The translations under genes were made by a program, and so were the position numbers. Shown piece after piece: positions 8,129 to 19,865 of a stretch of DNA of 64,000 nt (positions are counted from its first letter, which is position 1; every line of letters starts with the position of its first letter). The notes beneath the pieces are model-generated. The model was given only the letters and a program-made list of their open reading frames with translations. It did no database searches and was not told the origin of the DNA. Origin of the DNA: Tetramitus jugosus (lineage: Eukaryota; Protista; Heterolobosea); NCBI GenBank assembly GCA_937625935.1, contig OW569360.1, positions 1 to 64,000 on the forward strand. Direction: 5' to 3'.

Positions 8129-8773
8129 ATGAAGAGAAAGTGGTGGAACATTTTGAAAACAGCAAGGATCATGATGAGAAATATCATGTTCATTGCAAAG
8201 GAAACCGATTTTGGTATGTTATTGTTGATTGTGAACTCGGATATGTTTCAAGTACTGGCTATTGACACAATTTGTTCTTCTGGAATGAAAAGCTATTCGA
8301 GAGAGGTTGTGGTACAAGCTGGAGACAATGTCATTCTGAATTGCCACTACAGTTCCTATGGGTATGCTATTGTTGGAAATACAGATCATAAGGTGTACAA
8401 TGGCACACTCTCATCCTATTTTGATCGTTGGAAAGATGTGAAGCTTGTGGCCGATGAATTTGTGTGTGTTGACTGTTACGAGGATCTTGAGAGCAACTTA
8501 TGTTTGAAGAATGAGATTGATCCCACAGTGCCAGATGACAGCGAATATAAGCAAAAGCATGCTGCCTACGTGTTGAACTCAAAGTTCAACATTCCTCTGC
8601 CAGTGATTGAGCATCACATCATGCCCTATTTGAACAATTGTTTGGAAAACAAGGACAGATATGATTGTTTGTTGTGCTCCGCCATTCTAACATCTCACTA
8701 CTTCTTGCCCAGAGAGGAGCTTACATTCGAGAGAGAAGAAACTAACGAGGAGAATACGAGTCAACACCTTTGA
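8129..8773 (+). CDS. Hypothetical protein; overlaps ORF 7789-8265, possibly one disrupted gene
   Basis: 214-aa ORF with CxxC pairs and an F-box-like IPLPVIEHHIMPYL segment. Confidence 0.4.
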   Translation: MKRKWWNILKTARIMMRNIMFIAKETDFGMLLLIVNSDMFQVLAIDTICSSGMKSYSREVVVQAGDNVILNCHYSSYGYAIVGNTDHKVYNGTLSSYFDRWKDVKLVADEFVCVDCYEDLESNLCLKNEIDPTVPDDSEYKQKHAAYVLNSKFNIPLPVIEHHIMPYLNNCLENKDRYDCLLCSAILTSHYFLPREELTFEREETNEENTSQHL

Positions 8774-9141
8774 TGATTCAAGTGTCTTGAGATTGAGTGA
8801 CCAGAAGGAACCATGCGATGATCCACAACCTATTCTGTCTCTACTTGTAAGCGAACAATGGTACTAATCAATGACAAACTAGGGAGATCTGTGGTTGAGA
8901 TCAAGTTTTGTAATGCTGCTACAATCTGTTTCTTAGTATTGTAAACTAGAAGATTCGTCGTGTGCGCTTGCCTTTTTCGTTTTCTTGAAAGCGGAATGCT
9001 TTTACTCCGGAACGTCAAAAGAAATGCTCCATTGTAAATTAGGCATGAGCAGAGCGAAGACGCTATTCCATTTCATTCGTGTATTTTGGCTGGTCGGAAG
9101 AAATGCTTCGTTGTTCCGTTGTTGCTTTGAATATAAGGAGT

Positions 9142-10194
9142 TTAACTTCTTGCTTTTTGAGCTTGATCCAACAGAGAATAGATCACATAAAATGGTTGAT
9201 TAGGATCTTTCAAACTGCACTCATAGTAAGAAATGCCGTGTTTCGCGCAAAACTCTAGTGCTGTGTAACTCAACCTATTATCTCTCTTAAGGTCCTTGCC
9301 TGTTGCTATGACAAGCTTGAACGCAGAAGTATCATCGAAATTAGAATAAGAATCCATCAACCACTTCAGACTCTCTTCCTTATCAAGGCGGATCATCAAA
9401 ACAATCATGTTCGTCCCTCTAATATACATTGGCAATAAAGATCGATATCTTTCAAGACCTGCAGTATCCCAAAGCGCCAGCTTATAATCCTCTGTCTTAA
9501 AGCACCTTCGTACAGCAAGGAATGCAGCTCCAATTGTTGGATTATAAGTAAAACTATCAAAATCCACTGGCACAGAAGCCATTGATTGACATAGCAGTGA
9601 CTTGCCAGTCGCAACATCACCGAGCACCGTAACCTTGACGGGTGTAATGACTCCATGAGTCGTCGAAGAAACATTGCTCTTCAAATGTTCTATCTGCTCC
9701 ACAGTACAACAAAAGGGTATTGCTCGTTCATAAAGTGCTCTCTTGATGGCCAAATCTCCCCACGTGGGAAACAGGTGCTCAAATTGTTTGTTTTCAAAAT
9801 CAGAACAGGTGAACAATTCTTGTTCCCAGGTCGTAAAACTACTGCCATTGTTCTCCAATAGTTGCTTCTCTTTTTTTCGATCACAAGAACGAACATAATT
9901 CTCACACAGTTGTTCAATCATGACATAACAAGTGGAATTGAGATATCTGAGATGACACAACTCTACAACATCCAAAAAACTGAGGATATCTCTGAAAATA
10001 TCCATGGGCAAGACAACTTGATTATCCAGTATGGTGAATGTGGTCGTTGTTGTTGAGGACGAACGGGAAGGATCAATTTGAAGAGACACAGAACGAACAC
10101 TAAAAGAATTGGAAAAATTAGCGGGTTGTGGATTTTTTTTGCTGATTATTGCCGCACGCGGTTTTGCGGTGTTGGTAGAATGTCTGCCGCCCAT
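9142..10194 (-). CDS. F-box domain fused to a divergent Rab-like small GTPase
   Basis: F-box LPMDIFRDILSFLDVVELCHLRYLN; GDVATGKS, YNPTIGAAF, LWDTAGLERYRSLLPMYIRG, YYECS. Confidence 0.85.
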   Translation of the reverse strand: MGGRHSTNTAKPRAAIISKKNPQPANFSNSFSVRSVSLQIDPSRSSSTTTTTFTILDNQVVLPMDIFRDILSFLDVVELCHLRYLNSTCYVMIEQLCENYVRSCDRKKEKQLLENNGSSFTTWEQELFTCSDFENKQFEHLFPTWGDLAIKRALYERAIPFCCTVEQIEHLKSNVSSTTHGVITPVKVTVLGDVATGKSLLCQSMASVPVDFDSFTYNPTIGAAFLAVRRCFKTEDYKLALWDTAGLERYRSLLPMYIRGTNMIVLMIRLDKEESLKWLMDSYSNFDDTSAFKLVIATGKDLKRDNRLSYTALEFCAKHGISYYECSLKDPNQPFYVIYSLLDQAQKARS

Positions 10195-10455
10195 TGTTGT
10201 TGATTTTTGTTTGTTCTTTTTTTTCTATTCGGGACATGTTGTTCATGAAGCTCCCAGATTTTCACACGAAGCATTTTTTATTTTTCCTCAGTGATTCTCT
10301 GTTGCTTCATCTTGCTGCGAAACATTGATTACATATTCGTAGATAGCTTGCAATCTGCTGTAGATGTGAGATTCTCACCCTCACATCTGCCATGTTCGTA
10401 TCTCAAACCAAAGAAGGCTCTCGTTGTCGACTTCCCATTTCTATTTATCACCAAA

Positions 10456-11636
10456 ATGGGACGTGTTGAAGCGCAAATTTGGGGTGCTACAGATGGGGTT
10501 TGTTCAGCTGTTGATGATGTGATTTGACAATTATTGGTCGTGGATTGTTCGATACACACAAATCCATGCACGGCCCGCAAACAAAGGTATACTTCTCTTC
10601 AAAATGTCACAAACTGGTCGCACACTTTTTCGATGTCAAGGGACCCTGCGTATCATTTTTTATTGCCCGGCTGAAGTTGCTGCGATATTCCTGGACTGCG
10701 AACACCAAATGCAGCCAAACAGTTCACACACCGAAACGGTATTTTGACAAGAAGTCAAATAGGATTGTCCAACCCTTTGTCCACTTGTGCTCCTTCGCCT
10801 TATCCATCTTGCACCATAAATTTTTGTTGCTCGTCAAACAGCACATCCACCCTCTACAAAAAAACAAAACACGACGTTAGTCACAACTATCATTGCACGA
10901 TATCGTTCAAACAACCACACAAAGCTTTGTTAAAATCATGTCCTTCTACAAGTGCACTCAAGACGGCAGATTCGTTACTCTCACTGCCAAAATAACATCT
11001 GACATGGCACAGAAGCCATCCATCTCTATCGCACTCAAGAATCTGAGAAAGGTTGTTCAATATGGATTCATGGACTGGATACACTATGCCGTTCTAGGTT
11101 TGGCCGTTGCTATGAAACAACCACTTGATATGGTGTCTGAGCTATTGGACAGAGAACAAATTGGTCTTGCTATGATTGCCACCCCTTGCACTTCCAATGA
11201 TCCTAACGTTGATTTGACTGGAGCCATCTGTAGGCCTTGGATCGATGGAGACATTACTCCTCAACCCTATCAACTGACCATTGTTTGTATGGATCATATG
11301 AACTGTAGACATTTTATTGATATCAAGACTGGTAGCTATGATTTGAATATGATGAGATTGGAGGATTGTGGCATGTGGTTCGGCAAAGACAGCTTGTCTG
11401 ACATGGATCGATACAGAACAGATGCAGGTCCATTCAAAAAGAGCTGTGATAATAATAATAACAACAACAATAGCAGCAATAGCAACTATCGACACAGTCG
11501 ACACTCTAGTCTCGTAGCTTATGATGCTCTATCATTCCCAGTGATAGAAGTGGAGATTGCTACCATGACCAACACCAATGCAAGTGGTTCAATGACCATG
11601 AGCTCACCCAACATTCAAATGGGAACACTGGTCTAA
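10456..11636 (+). pseudogene. Hypothetical gene with a frameshift near 10520 and an in-frame stop at 10878-10880
   Basis: ORFs 10524-10880 and 10893-11636 share a frame across a single TAG; the ATG at 10456 is in another frame. Confidence 0.4.
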
Positions 11637-11933
11637 AAAACCAGCAACAACAACAACAAACTTACTCACTTTGTGAGTTGTAACGTGGTTCAATAATTGA
11701 TAATGTTTAATCAGTGTGTAAGCTGTGGAAGCTTAGACAGGGGTCTGATAATTTTTGCTTTTTTGATTTTTTGTATCAACGGCAAGCAACTGCTGATTTT
11801 GATTGTGGTGTGCTTGTTTAATGATAAGGCTTGGTCAAGTAACTGCCATAACATGAATTCAATCAAAGAATGTCCACTCATCTAATTTCATTGGATGTGG
11901 TCATGTTAGTCTACTTTTATGTCCAAGATATAA

Positions 11934-13070
11934 CTAAGAATAAATATAAGAATTGTAATGATTGTACGAACAATACCCTGGTGTGTTATCATGTAAGTTA
12001 CCATCGGTTTTCAAGTCGGGCACGTTTTCCTTTAGAAGCACAAGCGTCTCTTCAGAGATCGTGTCTTGGTTACAACCAGTCATGTTGAGGGAACGAATCG
12101 TTTCCAGCAGATACGAGAAGGCCTTGTCGGTTATTGTACGCTGAGAACATCCTCTCATATCTAGAGTACGTATCGTTCCTTGTAGTTGAGCAAACGTATC
12201 ATCAGTTATTTCTTCTTGGTCACAGTGACTGATATCGAGATGCTCTATTGTTCCTTTGAGAAATTGGAATATCCCATCAGTGATAATATCACGTTTACAA
12301 AAACTCAACTTGAGTGACCGTATTGTGCCTTGGAGGTTAGCAAAGGCAGCTTCAGTGATTTCATCTTGAAAACAATGACTCATATCTAGATCTGTGATCG
12401 TTCCCTTCAAGTAAGTGAATGCTCTGTCTGTGATTGTCTTCTGGTGACATCCACTCATGTTCAGAGTGTGTACCGTGTTCCCAATGTATGAGAATGCATC
12501 ATCAGTGATCGTTTCTTGATAGCAACTGTTCATATCCAGACACTCAATACTTCCTTGCAAGTGAGAAAAGCCGTCATCTGAAATTGAATTTTGATCACAG
12601 TGATCCATCACCAGATTTCTGATTGTTCCTCTCAAGTAGGAGAGGGCTCTGTCCGTAATTGTTTTCTGACTGCAATAACTCATTTTCAGAGTGTGGATCG
12701 TTCCTTCCAAATGCCGAAATGCATCGTCAGTGATTGATTTTTGATAGCAGTTGCCCATATCAAGCGTGTGAATCGTTCCACGAAAGAAAGAAAACGTATG
12801 GTCATTCACAATTTTCGATTGTTGAAGATTGAGGTTGAATAGTGTTCCTCTGGCAAGTTCAAATAACCTGTGCAACTCTTCTCTGTCGTTTATCGTTCTC
12901 TTGAGGCTTCTACACTTGGATATCATCAAATGATGATCATACTTCAAATTATTGATCATCTTGCACGTGTAACTGAGTTGAATCCAATCTGGCGTGTTCA
13001 GATATGAGAACACCACACCAAGGCAATCATACGGCATGATGAAGAGTATCGGAACTGAGAGTTCATTCAT
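11934..13070 (-). CDS. F-box/leucine-rich-repeat protein
   Basis: MPYDCLGVVFSYL F-box followed by about 10 repeats of ~26 aa of the form TIHTLxMSxCxQxTITDxAFxxL. Confidence 0.85.
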   Translation of the reverse strand: MNELSVPILFIMPYDCLGVVFSYLNTPDWIQLSYTCKMINNLKYDHHLMISKCRSLKRTINDREELHRLFELARGTLFNLNLQQSKIVNDHTFSFFRGTIHTLDMGNCYQKSITDDAFRHLEGTIHTLKMSYCSQKTITDRALSYLRGTIRNLVMDHCDQNSISDDGFSHLQGSIECLDMNSCYQETITDDAFSYIGNTVHTLNMSGCHQKTITDRAFTYLKGTITDLDMSHCFQDEITEAAFANLQGTIRSLKLSFCKRDIITDGIFQFLKGTIEHLDISHCDQEEITDDTFAQLQGTIRTLDMRGCSQRTITDKAFSYLLETIRSLNMTGCNQDTISEETLVLLKENVPDLKTDGNLHDNTPGYCSYNHYNSYIYS

Positions 13071-13224
13071 TTTTTTCACTTTGATGACTCATACGTGGAA
13101 ATATTTGAAGATGCGTTCTTGTTTTCGCGCTTGTTGTATTCTCCTGGAAAGCTCCGATTTTTGTCGGTAATGTAAATTTCCGACTGCTTTACAGCCGCCA
13201 ACAACAAACCAACGATATATCATA

Positions 13225-13758
13225 ATGAATCCCAAGACCATTATTCTTTTGTGTGTTATAGTTCTGTTCATTCCTGCCTGTATCTTAGCGGACAGTTCTA
13301 TCACCAGAGCAACGCTATCATTGGCTAAGCAGCAAAAAATCAAGAATGACTTGGATGAGTACAGACACTCACTCCAGGTCAAATTTGCGCAACTAGCTCT
13401 GCATAAGGAAAAGTTGGAACAAGAATTGATCAAAATTACCTCCATTGAAAACAAACTGTTTAATCCATTCAAGGCCATTGATCAACAAGAGGAAATGTCA
13501 GACAAGTTGAATATGTGTTCTGCATGTAATTCAGGTGTTGGGGCTATTGTGAGAACTTTTGGTTGTGGATCATTTTTGATCAGCTACAAGTCCTGCTTAC
13601 CACTCGTCTCAACTCTTGTTGGAGCAGCTGTCTGTGGAGCAACTGTTTACACAGCCAAGCAAACCATTGTCAAGGCTTGTGAGAGATATTCAGACATCAA
13701 CAAGGTTGTAAGTTCAGTCTCTAACTACATCTGCAGAGAGAAACTTGATTTTTGTTAG
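13225..13758 (+). CDS. Secreted protein: signal peptide, coiled coil, C-terminal saposin-like Cys domain
   Basis: MNPKTIILLCVIVLFIPACILA; CSAC ... ICREKLDFC terminal pattern; AATAAA after the stop. Confidence 0.6.
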   Translation: MNPKTIILLCVIVLFIPACILADSSITRATLSLAKQQKIKNDLDEYRHSLQVKFAQLALHKEKLEQELIKITSIENKLFNPFKAIDQQEEMSDKLNMCSACNSGVGAIVRTFGCGSFLISYKSCLPLVSTLVGAAVCGATVYTAKQTIVKACERYSDINKVVSSVSNYICREKLDFC

Positions 13759-13820
13759 AAAATAAAGAGCTGTTTCATTTGCATATTACATCCAGGTCAT
13801 GAAGTGTATTCTGAATGAGT

Positions 13821-16157
13821 TTACATATCAATTAGAAAATCAAACTGATCATGCTCCTCTTGCAATATCTCATAATGACATCGAATAAGAGCAATGAGAC
13901 GTCGCAAGTTCAATTCCCTCCCCGAATCAGTGGTATTTGTATTAAACAAAGCGTCATCGGTGCTGTTGTTGTCACAATACATAGCAAGACAATGTTCAAT
14001 CCTGAGTTGTGCTTCCTCTCGTTCAGCGGGTGTGAGGCCTTCAGACTTTTCGAAGGCAGATTTCGCGAGCTTCTCGATAATGAAGCGACATGCTACACCT
14101 ACTGGCGCGTTGTCACCATACTTAAGTTCAATATCATTGGCAAAAAAGTCGACCAGGAAACTGATCCTCTTGAAAAAATGAGCAATCTGCACAGATTCAA
14201 TCGAGGGGCAGTGAATGAGAGCCATTATGGTTTCAACTGCATTGAGCTCTATGTCCTCCTTATTTTGATAGTAAGTGTTTCCTGTGATTGTTAAGAACCT
14301 GAGTTGATTCATTGGATGGGGAAATTTCGTCAACGAATACGGAACTGATACACTCTTGAGATTTGGACAACAACGAAAGATCAACTCAATTGGAGGGGTT
14401 GAGAATGCACATTTGAATGTATGCAACTTTGGACAATGCTCAAGCATCATTTGGAGATATCGTCGCTCATATCCCTTATAGGTAAACTCTTCGAGATTGA
14501 TATGCTTATAAAACTGTTGATTGACTGAATTTGGTGTATCATGTATCCCTAGAAACCCAACTCCGAGTATTGACAGCTTCTTCAAGCACTCTGGTTGATT
14601 TCGTAGAATCGTTGGTATGATAATGGGGTCATTACAGTTGATGGAAAGCTCAACTAATCCCGGACAAGACACACATATATCACTAACATCTGTAGGATTA
14701 ATTCTGCTCTGAATCGTTAGCTGTTGAAGATGACTGCACGCACTTAGAACCTGATTCATTGTGAAATCTCCACTGAGCAATCTAAACGCTAAACACTGCA
14801 TCCTACTGAACAAGTGAAGTTCATGGCTTTTCACTGATATGTTACAGCCTCCCGCAGAGAGTGATCTCACACAACTATTACCACTCACATCACCAATCGA
14901 CACGAGAAGTGCCTCATTATTATGGTATTCGCTTGTATAGCTTATTTCTTCTAAAACAGAAGGGATGGTGTTTGAAGTAGGCGTATCCAAGGTTACATTC
15001 CCCTGTTTTACTTGTACCTTCAAACACTTCAAGGAACCTTTCAGTATTTCGATGATTTGAGGGACAAGCTCATTCATTTTCACAACCATGTAATGTTCAA
15101 GTACGAGAGTCGAGATTTTGGGACATCCCTTAATCAGCTCTAGTACACTATCATTGTCTATTCTGAGCACGACGAAAGAGTTGTTATACGGTCTCGGGTT
15201 CATAGTTACGAAGCTGAAGCTCTCCAGTTGTTTACAATGTTTTCCTACGACCGAAAAGAGTTCATTTGTTGCTGGGAGAGATCGAATCGACAACGATCGC
15301 ACATTTGATGCACTCCTACAAAGTTTCTGTAGGAATCCACAAGCTAGGTGTGCTTGATGTTGGGCTTCTTTTGAGCGATGGTACTCAATTATCTCCAAGC
15401 AAGGATATTCGGTCATCACAGAATCATTCAGTTTTGCACATAATTGTGTGTTCTCACTCGAGGAGATAAACTTGGGACCCATGTGCCTACCCACTCCAAA
15501 GAACAATCTAAACTCCCTGAGTTGTCCACACGATTGCAAAACCGCTCTCAAGCATTTAAAATCAACTACTGTACAATGAATCGACAGCGATTGCAAGTTG
15601 TTCAATATATGAGGGTCGCATACACATAATTTCTTCAGCAAATCATGAATAAAGATTGCATAATCTGTTGTGGTTAGACCAACGAACTGAATGCTTCTAA
15701 ATTGACAAACTTTGATGAGTTCGTAAAGGTACTTGAATTGAACATTACCCGAGAAATGATCTCCTTCACACTTTTCCTCCATCTTGAGCTCTTCTATCTC
15801 TCCTTCATTTCCTTTTGTGGTACCATCTACGTTTGTCTTTGTGCCACTCGTTGATTCTCCATCGTGAGTTGTTGGCTGCTCCATGAGAAGAACACTTCGG
15901 TTGAACATTTCCTTGTTGCGCAACACGATCTGAATCCTGTCATACTGCCAAAACTCGGATGCATGAACTCTGTCGTACATGTGACTGTTCAACAATGACA
16001 ACAAATAAAAGTAGAAATAAACAGCAGAGAGTGAAGACTGGGTGGGTTCAGCTGAAAATGAACTATCAAACAGAAAGGCTCCTACTTGATGGTATATCTC
16101 TGTAGGTAATCTGTCAAAGTTAGCACTTGGTAAAACATGATCATGTTGTTCGGTCAT
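13821..16157 (-). CDS. F-box/RNI-like LRR protein
   Basis: FDRLPTEIYHQVGAFL F-box-like start; repeated CPxLxxLxL units. Confidence 0.8.
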   Translation of the reverse strand: MTEQHDHVLPSANFDRLPTEIYHQVGAFLFDSSFSAEPTQSSLSAVYFYFYLLSLLNSHMYDRVHASEFWQYDRIQIVLRNKEMFNRSVLLMEQPTTHDGESTSGTKTNVDGTTKGNEGEIEELKMEEKCEGDHFSGNVQFKYLYELIKVCQFRSIQFVGLTTTDYAIFIHDLLKKLCVCDPHILNNLQSLSIHCTVVDFKCLRAVLQSCGQLREFRLFFGVGRHMGPKFISSSENTQLCAKLNDSVMTEYPCLEIIEYHRSKEAQHQAHLACGFLQKLCRSASNVRSLSIRSLPATNELFSVVGKHCKQLESFSFVTMNPRPYNNSFVVLRIDNDSVLELIKGCPKISTLVLEHYMVVKMNELVPQIIEILKGSLKCLKVQVKQGNVTLDTPTSNTIPSVLEEISYTSEYHNNEALLVSIGDVSGNSCVRSLSAGGCNISVKSHELHLFSRMQCLAFRLLSGDFTMNQVLSACSHLQQLTIQSRINPTDVSDICVSCPGLVELSINCNDPIIIPTILRNQPECLKKLSILGVGFLGIHDTPNSVNQQFYKHINLEEFTYKGYERRYLQMMLEHCPKLHTFKCAFSTPPIELIFRCCPNLKSVSVPYSLTKFPHPMNQLRFLTITGNTYYQNKEDIELNAVETIMALIHCPSIESVQIAHFFKRISFLVDFFANDIELKYGDNAPVGVACRFIIEKLAKSAFEKSEGLTPAEREEAQLRIEHCLAMYCDNNSTDDALFNTNTTDSGRELNLRRLIALIRCHYEILQEEHDQFDFLIDM

Positions 16158-16600
16158 ATTAATTTTTTCTTGTTTGCTTCAGTTGCCAAGTTACTCTTCC
16201 TGCAGAACTACCGGACAAATTAATAGCTCGCCTTTGGTTGGTCCTGACGAGGTAGCCAAAGGAATAGCTCTCGTGTACAATCTCAATCTGCTTGTTTGGA
16301 GAAAACCAAATCAGGTGGAGATAACAATAACACCCTGACTCGATCTCTGCATTTTCCCTGCCTGAATTGGTCCGGTCGAAACATGAATCCTGTGCATCCT
16401 GAAAAAATTTTCCGAATCGATTTTGTAAGGGAAAATTCATCCGATCAAACAAAATTGGGGAAAAAGCCCATAGACGGACCAAAAGGCACTAAAAGCACAA
16501 AACAACAAGAAGTCACACACAATATTTCAACTGACGCGACAGCAAACAATAGAGAATCCAAAGCTATCCACACAGACTGTACTCGTTTATTCATAAGGAA

Positions 16601-19186
16601 ATGGAAGCTTTGCTATCAAAAACGACTGATTCACCATCATCGACAACAACAATGAACAACAATAATGAGGAAGAGAACCATGCAACCACCAACAACATCA
16701 TTCATGATGATATTGTGATTGATGATAACGATCAAGATGTGGATCAAAACATTAAAATTTTGGTCGTTGATGACGATCACGTCACGCGCACTGTTCTCAA
16801 AAAATTGTTGAAAAATTTGGGATATGAAGGTTCGTATTACTACTCGTAATAGCTCTCCTGATTTTTTTTTGAAGAATTAATCATGTTGACTAATCATGTG
16901 CGTGTCTATTTGTGATATTTAGCGCATACTGCTTCGGGTGGACGGAAAGCCCTCGAACAATTGCTGAGATTGGAGTTTGATTTGATGTTGGTAGATGTGA
17001 TGATGCCAGAAATGGATGGCTTTAGCTTGATTCGAGTGTTCAAACAAGCATCATCCAAGGAAATTCCCTGCATTAGTATGTTTGTTGTTGTGTGTGATAG
17101 AACTATTGTTATTCAAGTATGTGTACTTTGACGCTAACCATTATTTTCTATAGTGATGTCTGGTAGTGAAGATCCAGAAACGTTGGCCAAGTGCTTCCAA
17201 TGTGGTGCCGAAGATTTCTTGCCCAAACCAATCAAGGAAGAAATCTTGAAGGCAAGAATTCAAAAATGTTTGGCATACAGAAAACGGAAACTTCGTGAAA
17301 AGTATTACAAGGAGCTATTGAACGAAGAAAAGAGGTTGAAGAAGGAATTGACGGAACAAAGAGACAGAAACAATGAACAATTGGAAGAGTTCAAAAAGAA
17401 GGTGTCCGACACAATTGAGACACCATTGCAAGTCGTGATGGAAACAATTTCTGATTTGATGAATGGAAAGTACGAGTCAGAGCAGTACAAGGTTGCTTTA
17501 ATTACCATTATGAAATCATTGAGTTCCTCTGCCCTGTATCGTCCTGCATTTGTTGACTATGTCCAGAACGCCAACATGGAGGACAGCATTCGTGATTGGC
17601 TAGTGAACCAATATTCAAAGGATGGAGAGGATGGTATCTTCCATGACTCTGGTGTCGCAAAGCGAAGGAAGAGCAAGAGCGAAACGAGAAAATCATCGAT
17701 ACCCACAACTCAGATTACAGAAGATATTTTACCATTTGACCTTGATACCTACGTACCAGAGCTTAAGAATGATTCTTCGATGAACTCTACCAACTACAGC
17801 TGTTTTGAATATCATGAGGATGATTTGAAGAAGCATGTCATGCACATGTTCAAACAGTTGGATCTCTATGAAAAATTCAACTTTAGACCGATCAAGTTAT
17901 GGAATCTGTTAGAAGCACTGAGGTCCAGGTACAAGAAGAATCATTATCACAATTTTATTCATGCCATAGATGTCACTCAATATGTGTTTATATTTATTTC
18001 GAGCGATAAAATTAAGGAGATGTTGACTCTAGAGGAGAAGTTTATGATTTTAACGGCTGCTCTGTGCCACGATGTGGATCATCCCGGTGTGAACAACAAT
18101 TTTTTGATTAACACCCAAGATGAACTTGCCCTCATATACAACGGTACGGCGTCACACATTTTCGTTCAAGTTTATTATATAATTATTCATCCATTCTAAC
18201 CAATCATTCACTATCTTGCCGCTCGTGTATGTTAAAATATAGACCGAAGTGTTTTGGAGAATCATCATGCCGCATATGCATTCAAATTGTTAAATGATCC
18301 TAGGTACAATATTCTAGAAGGTATTGATGACGAGTTTTATAAAGAGTTCCGAAGAACCGTTGTAAATATTATTTTGGCTACCGATATGGCGAGTCATTTC
18401 TCCATATGCTCTAAATTCCAAGCAAGAATCTCGACTGGACCTTTGCTAAATGATGCAATCGAAGATCGGATGCTTCTGTTGAAGATTATTATGAAATGTG
18501 CTGACATTAACAACATTTCGCGTCCATTCCCTATTGCAAAGGAGTGGGCAGAGTTGTGTATCAAAGAGTTTTTGCAACAAGGTGACAAGGAGAAGGAGAG
18601 AAACATTCCTGTCAGTCCATTGATGGACAGAGACACTCTTAATTTCCCAAAATCGCAAATAGGGTTTGCTGATTTTGTTGCTGCTCCATTGTTTAAACAT
18701 GTTGCGACTGCTTTTTCAAATTTAACGTACATGCATAACTCTATCATGTATAATAGAGATCAATGGCAGATTATTTATGATGATGCCGAGAAACGAAGTC
18801 GAGCTACATCAGAAACAGCAGATACGGCAGTCGTTTCTGGAGATTCAACAACGAGTGATTCAATTGCTCCTATGAGTCAATTGACATCTCAAACTAGTAC
18901 TTCAACAGAAAAAGACGAGGAAGCTGATGATCTCATTAGCCCCTCCACGCCATCTACCATGCGGGATCAGGAAACTGAACTCAATCCAACAGAAACTGGA
19001 GTGGGATCCACCGGGGAACACTCGGAGGAGGCCTCAAACCTCTCTGGAACAGTCAACAACATCAGACCGCCAAAAGTGAAGCAAGTGGCATCTCCCCAAA
19101 TACCAATGCTCTTCATAGTGTCTTTGGCCTTCCTTATTGCTGCAATATGTGCTTTGTACTTCCAGGGACGGTATGCAAGTGCTTAA
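16601..19186 (+). CDS. Receiver-domain class I cyclic-nucleotide phosphodiesterase (RegA-like) with a C-terminal TM helix; exons 16601-16829, 16923-17075, 17154-18143, 18243-19186
   Basis: ILVVDDD, LVDVMMPEMDG, FLPKP receiver motifs; YHNFIHAIDV, CHDVDHPGVNN, LENHH, LATDM, KCADI PDE motifs; three GT-AG introns keep the frame. Confidence 0.9.
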
Positions 19187-19343
19187 ACTCAGGTACTTTT
19201 TTCTCTGGCAACAATCTGGCTTTGAGCGCAACGAAAACGGAAGGTGTATCGGTTGTTCAGAACAACTCTCAAAAATCTCAAAATAAAAGGTCACCAATAA
19301 CCACGGCTCGCTTTTGGATCCTTTTGGGCAGATAAATTCAGGG

Positions 19344-19865
19344 ATGTGTGGTTTCATTAACGTGGACTTGCCCCAAACAAACAAGTCACACAAAGTTCAT
19401 ACCCTTAGCATGCCAGAAGAAAAGTTCGACACTAAACCCTCCCAGCAGCCTGATCCCGAGTTGATGGGTGCTTCTTTCTCACATCGTCCACCCAATGTTG
19501 CTCCTGTTCCTCTTGTTTTCCCTGTTTCGAACCTGTCCGGCCAACCCCAACCTCTTCTGATTCAGATTCAACAGTCAACTCAAGATCGTCTCCAGCAAGA
19601 GTATGACAATAGAAGAAAGGAAAAGCAAGATAATCAGTTTAATGTGATTCTGTTGTTCGCACTAGGATTCTTATTTCCGCCATTGTGGATTGTGTCTTGT
19701 GTTTCAGCCTTTCGTCCAAGGAGGAGCAACCATGCCTCGAGAGCAGTTGGAGTTTCAGGCTTCGTACTGTTTGTTCTGCTCGCTATAGTGGTATTCTGTG
19801 CCATTGTAGTCGCAATAGTTGTACCTGTATCCATTTCCCAAGCTTACAATCATTACTATGATTGA
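19344..19865 (+). CDS. Small two-TM membrane protein
   Basis: P/Q-rich N-terminus, LFALGFLFPPLWIV helix and a second hydrophobic helix. Confidence 0.65.
   Translation: MCGFINVDLPQTNKSHKVHTLSMPEEKFDTKPSQQPDPELMGASFSHRPPNVAPVPLVFPVSNLSGQPQPLLIQIQQSTQDRLQQEYDNRRKEKQDNQFNVILLFALGFLFPPLWIVSCVSAFRPRRSNHASRAVGVSGFVLFVLLAIVVFCAIVVAIVVPVSISQAYNHYYD

Noticed and set aside
4830-8140. Similar peptides RKRLEAQRNDE (ORF 4700) and KKRLEAQNNEE (ORF 7789)
   Set aside because: Short, low-complexity match with no flanking similarity
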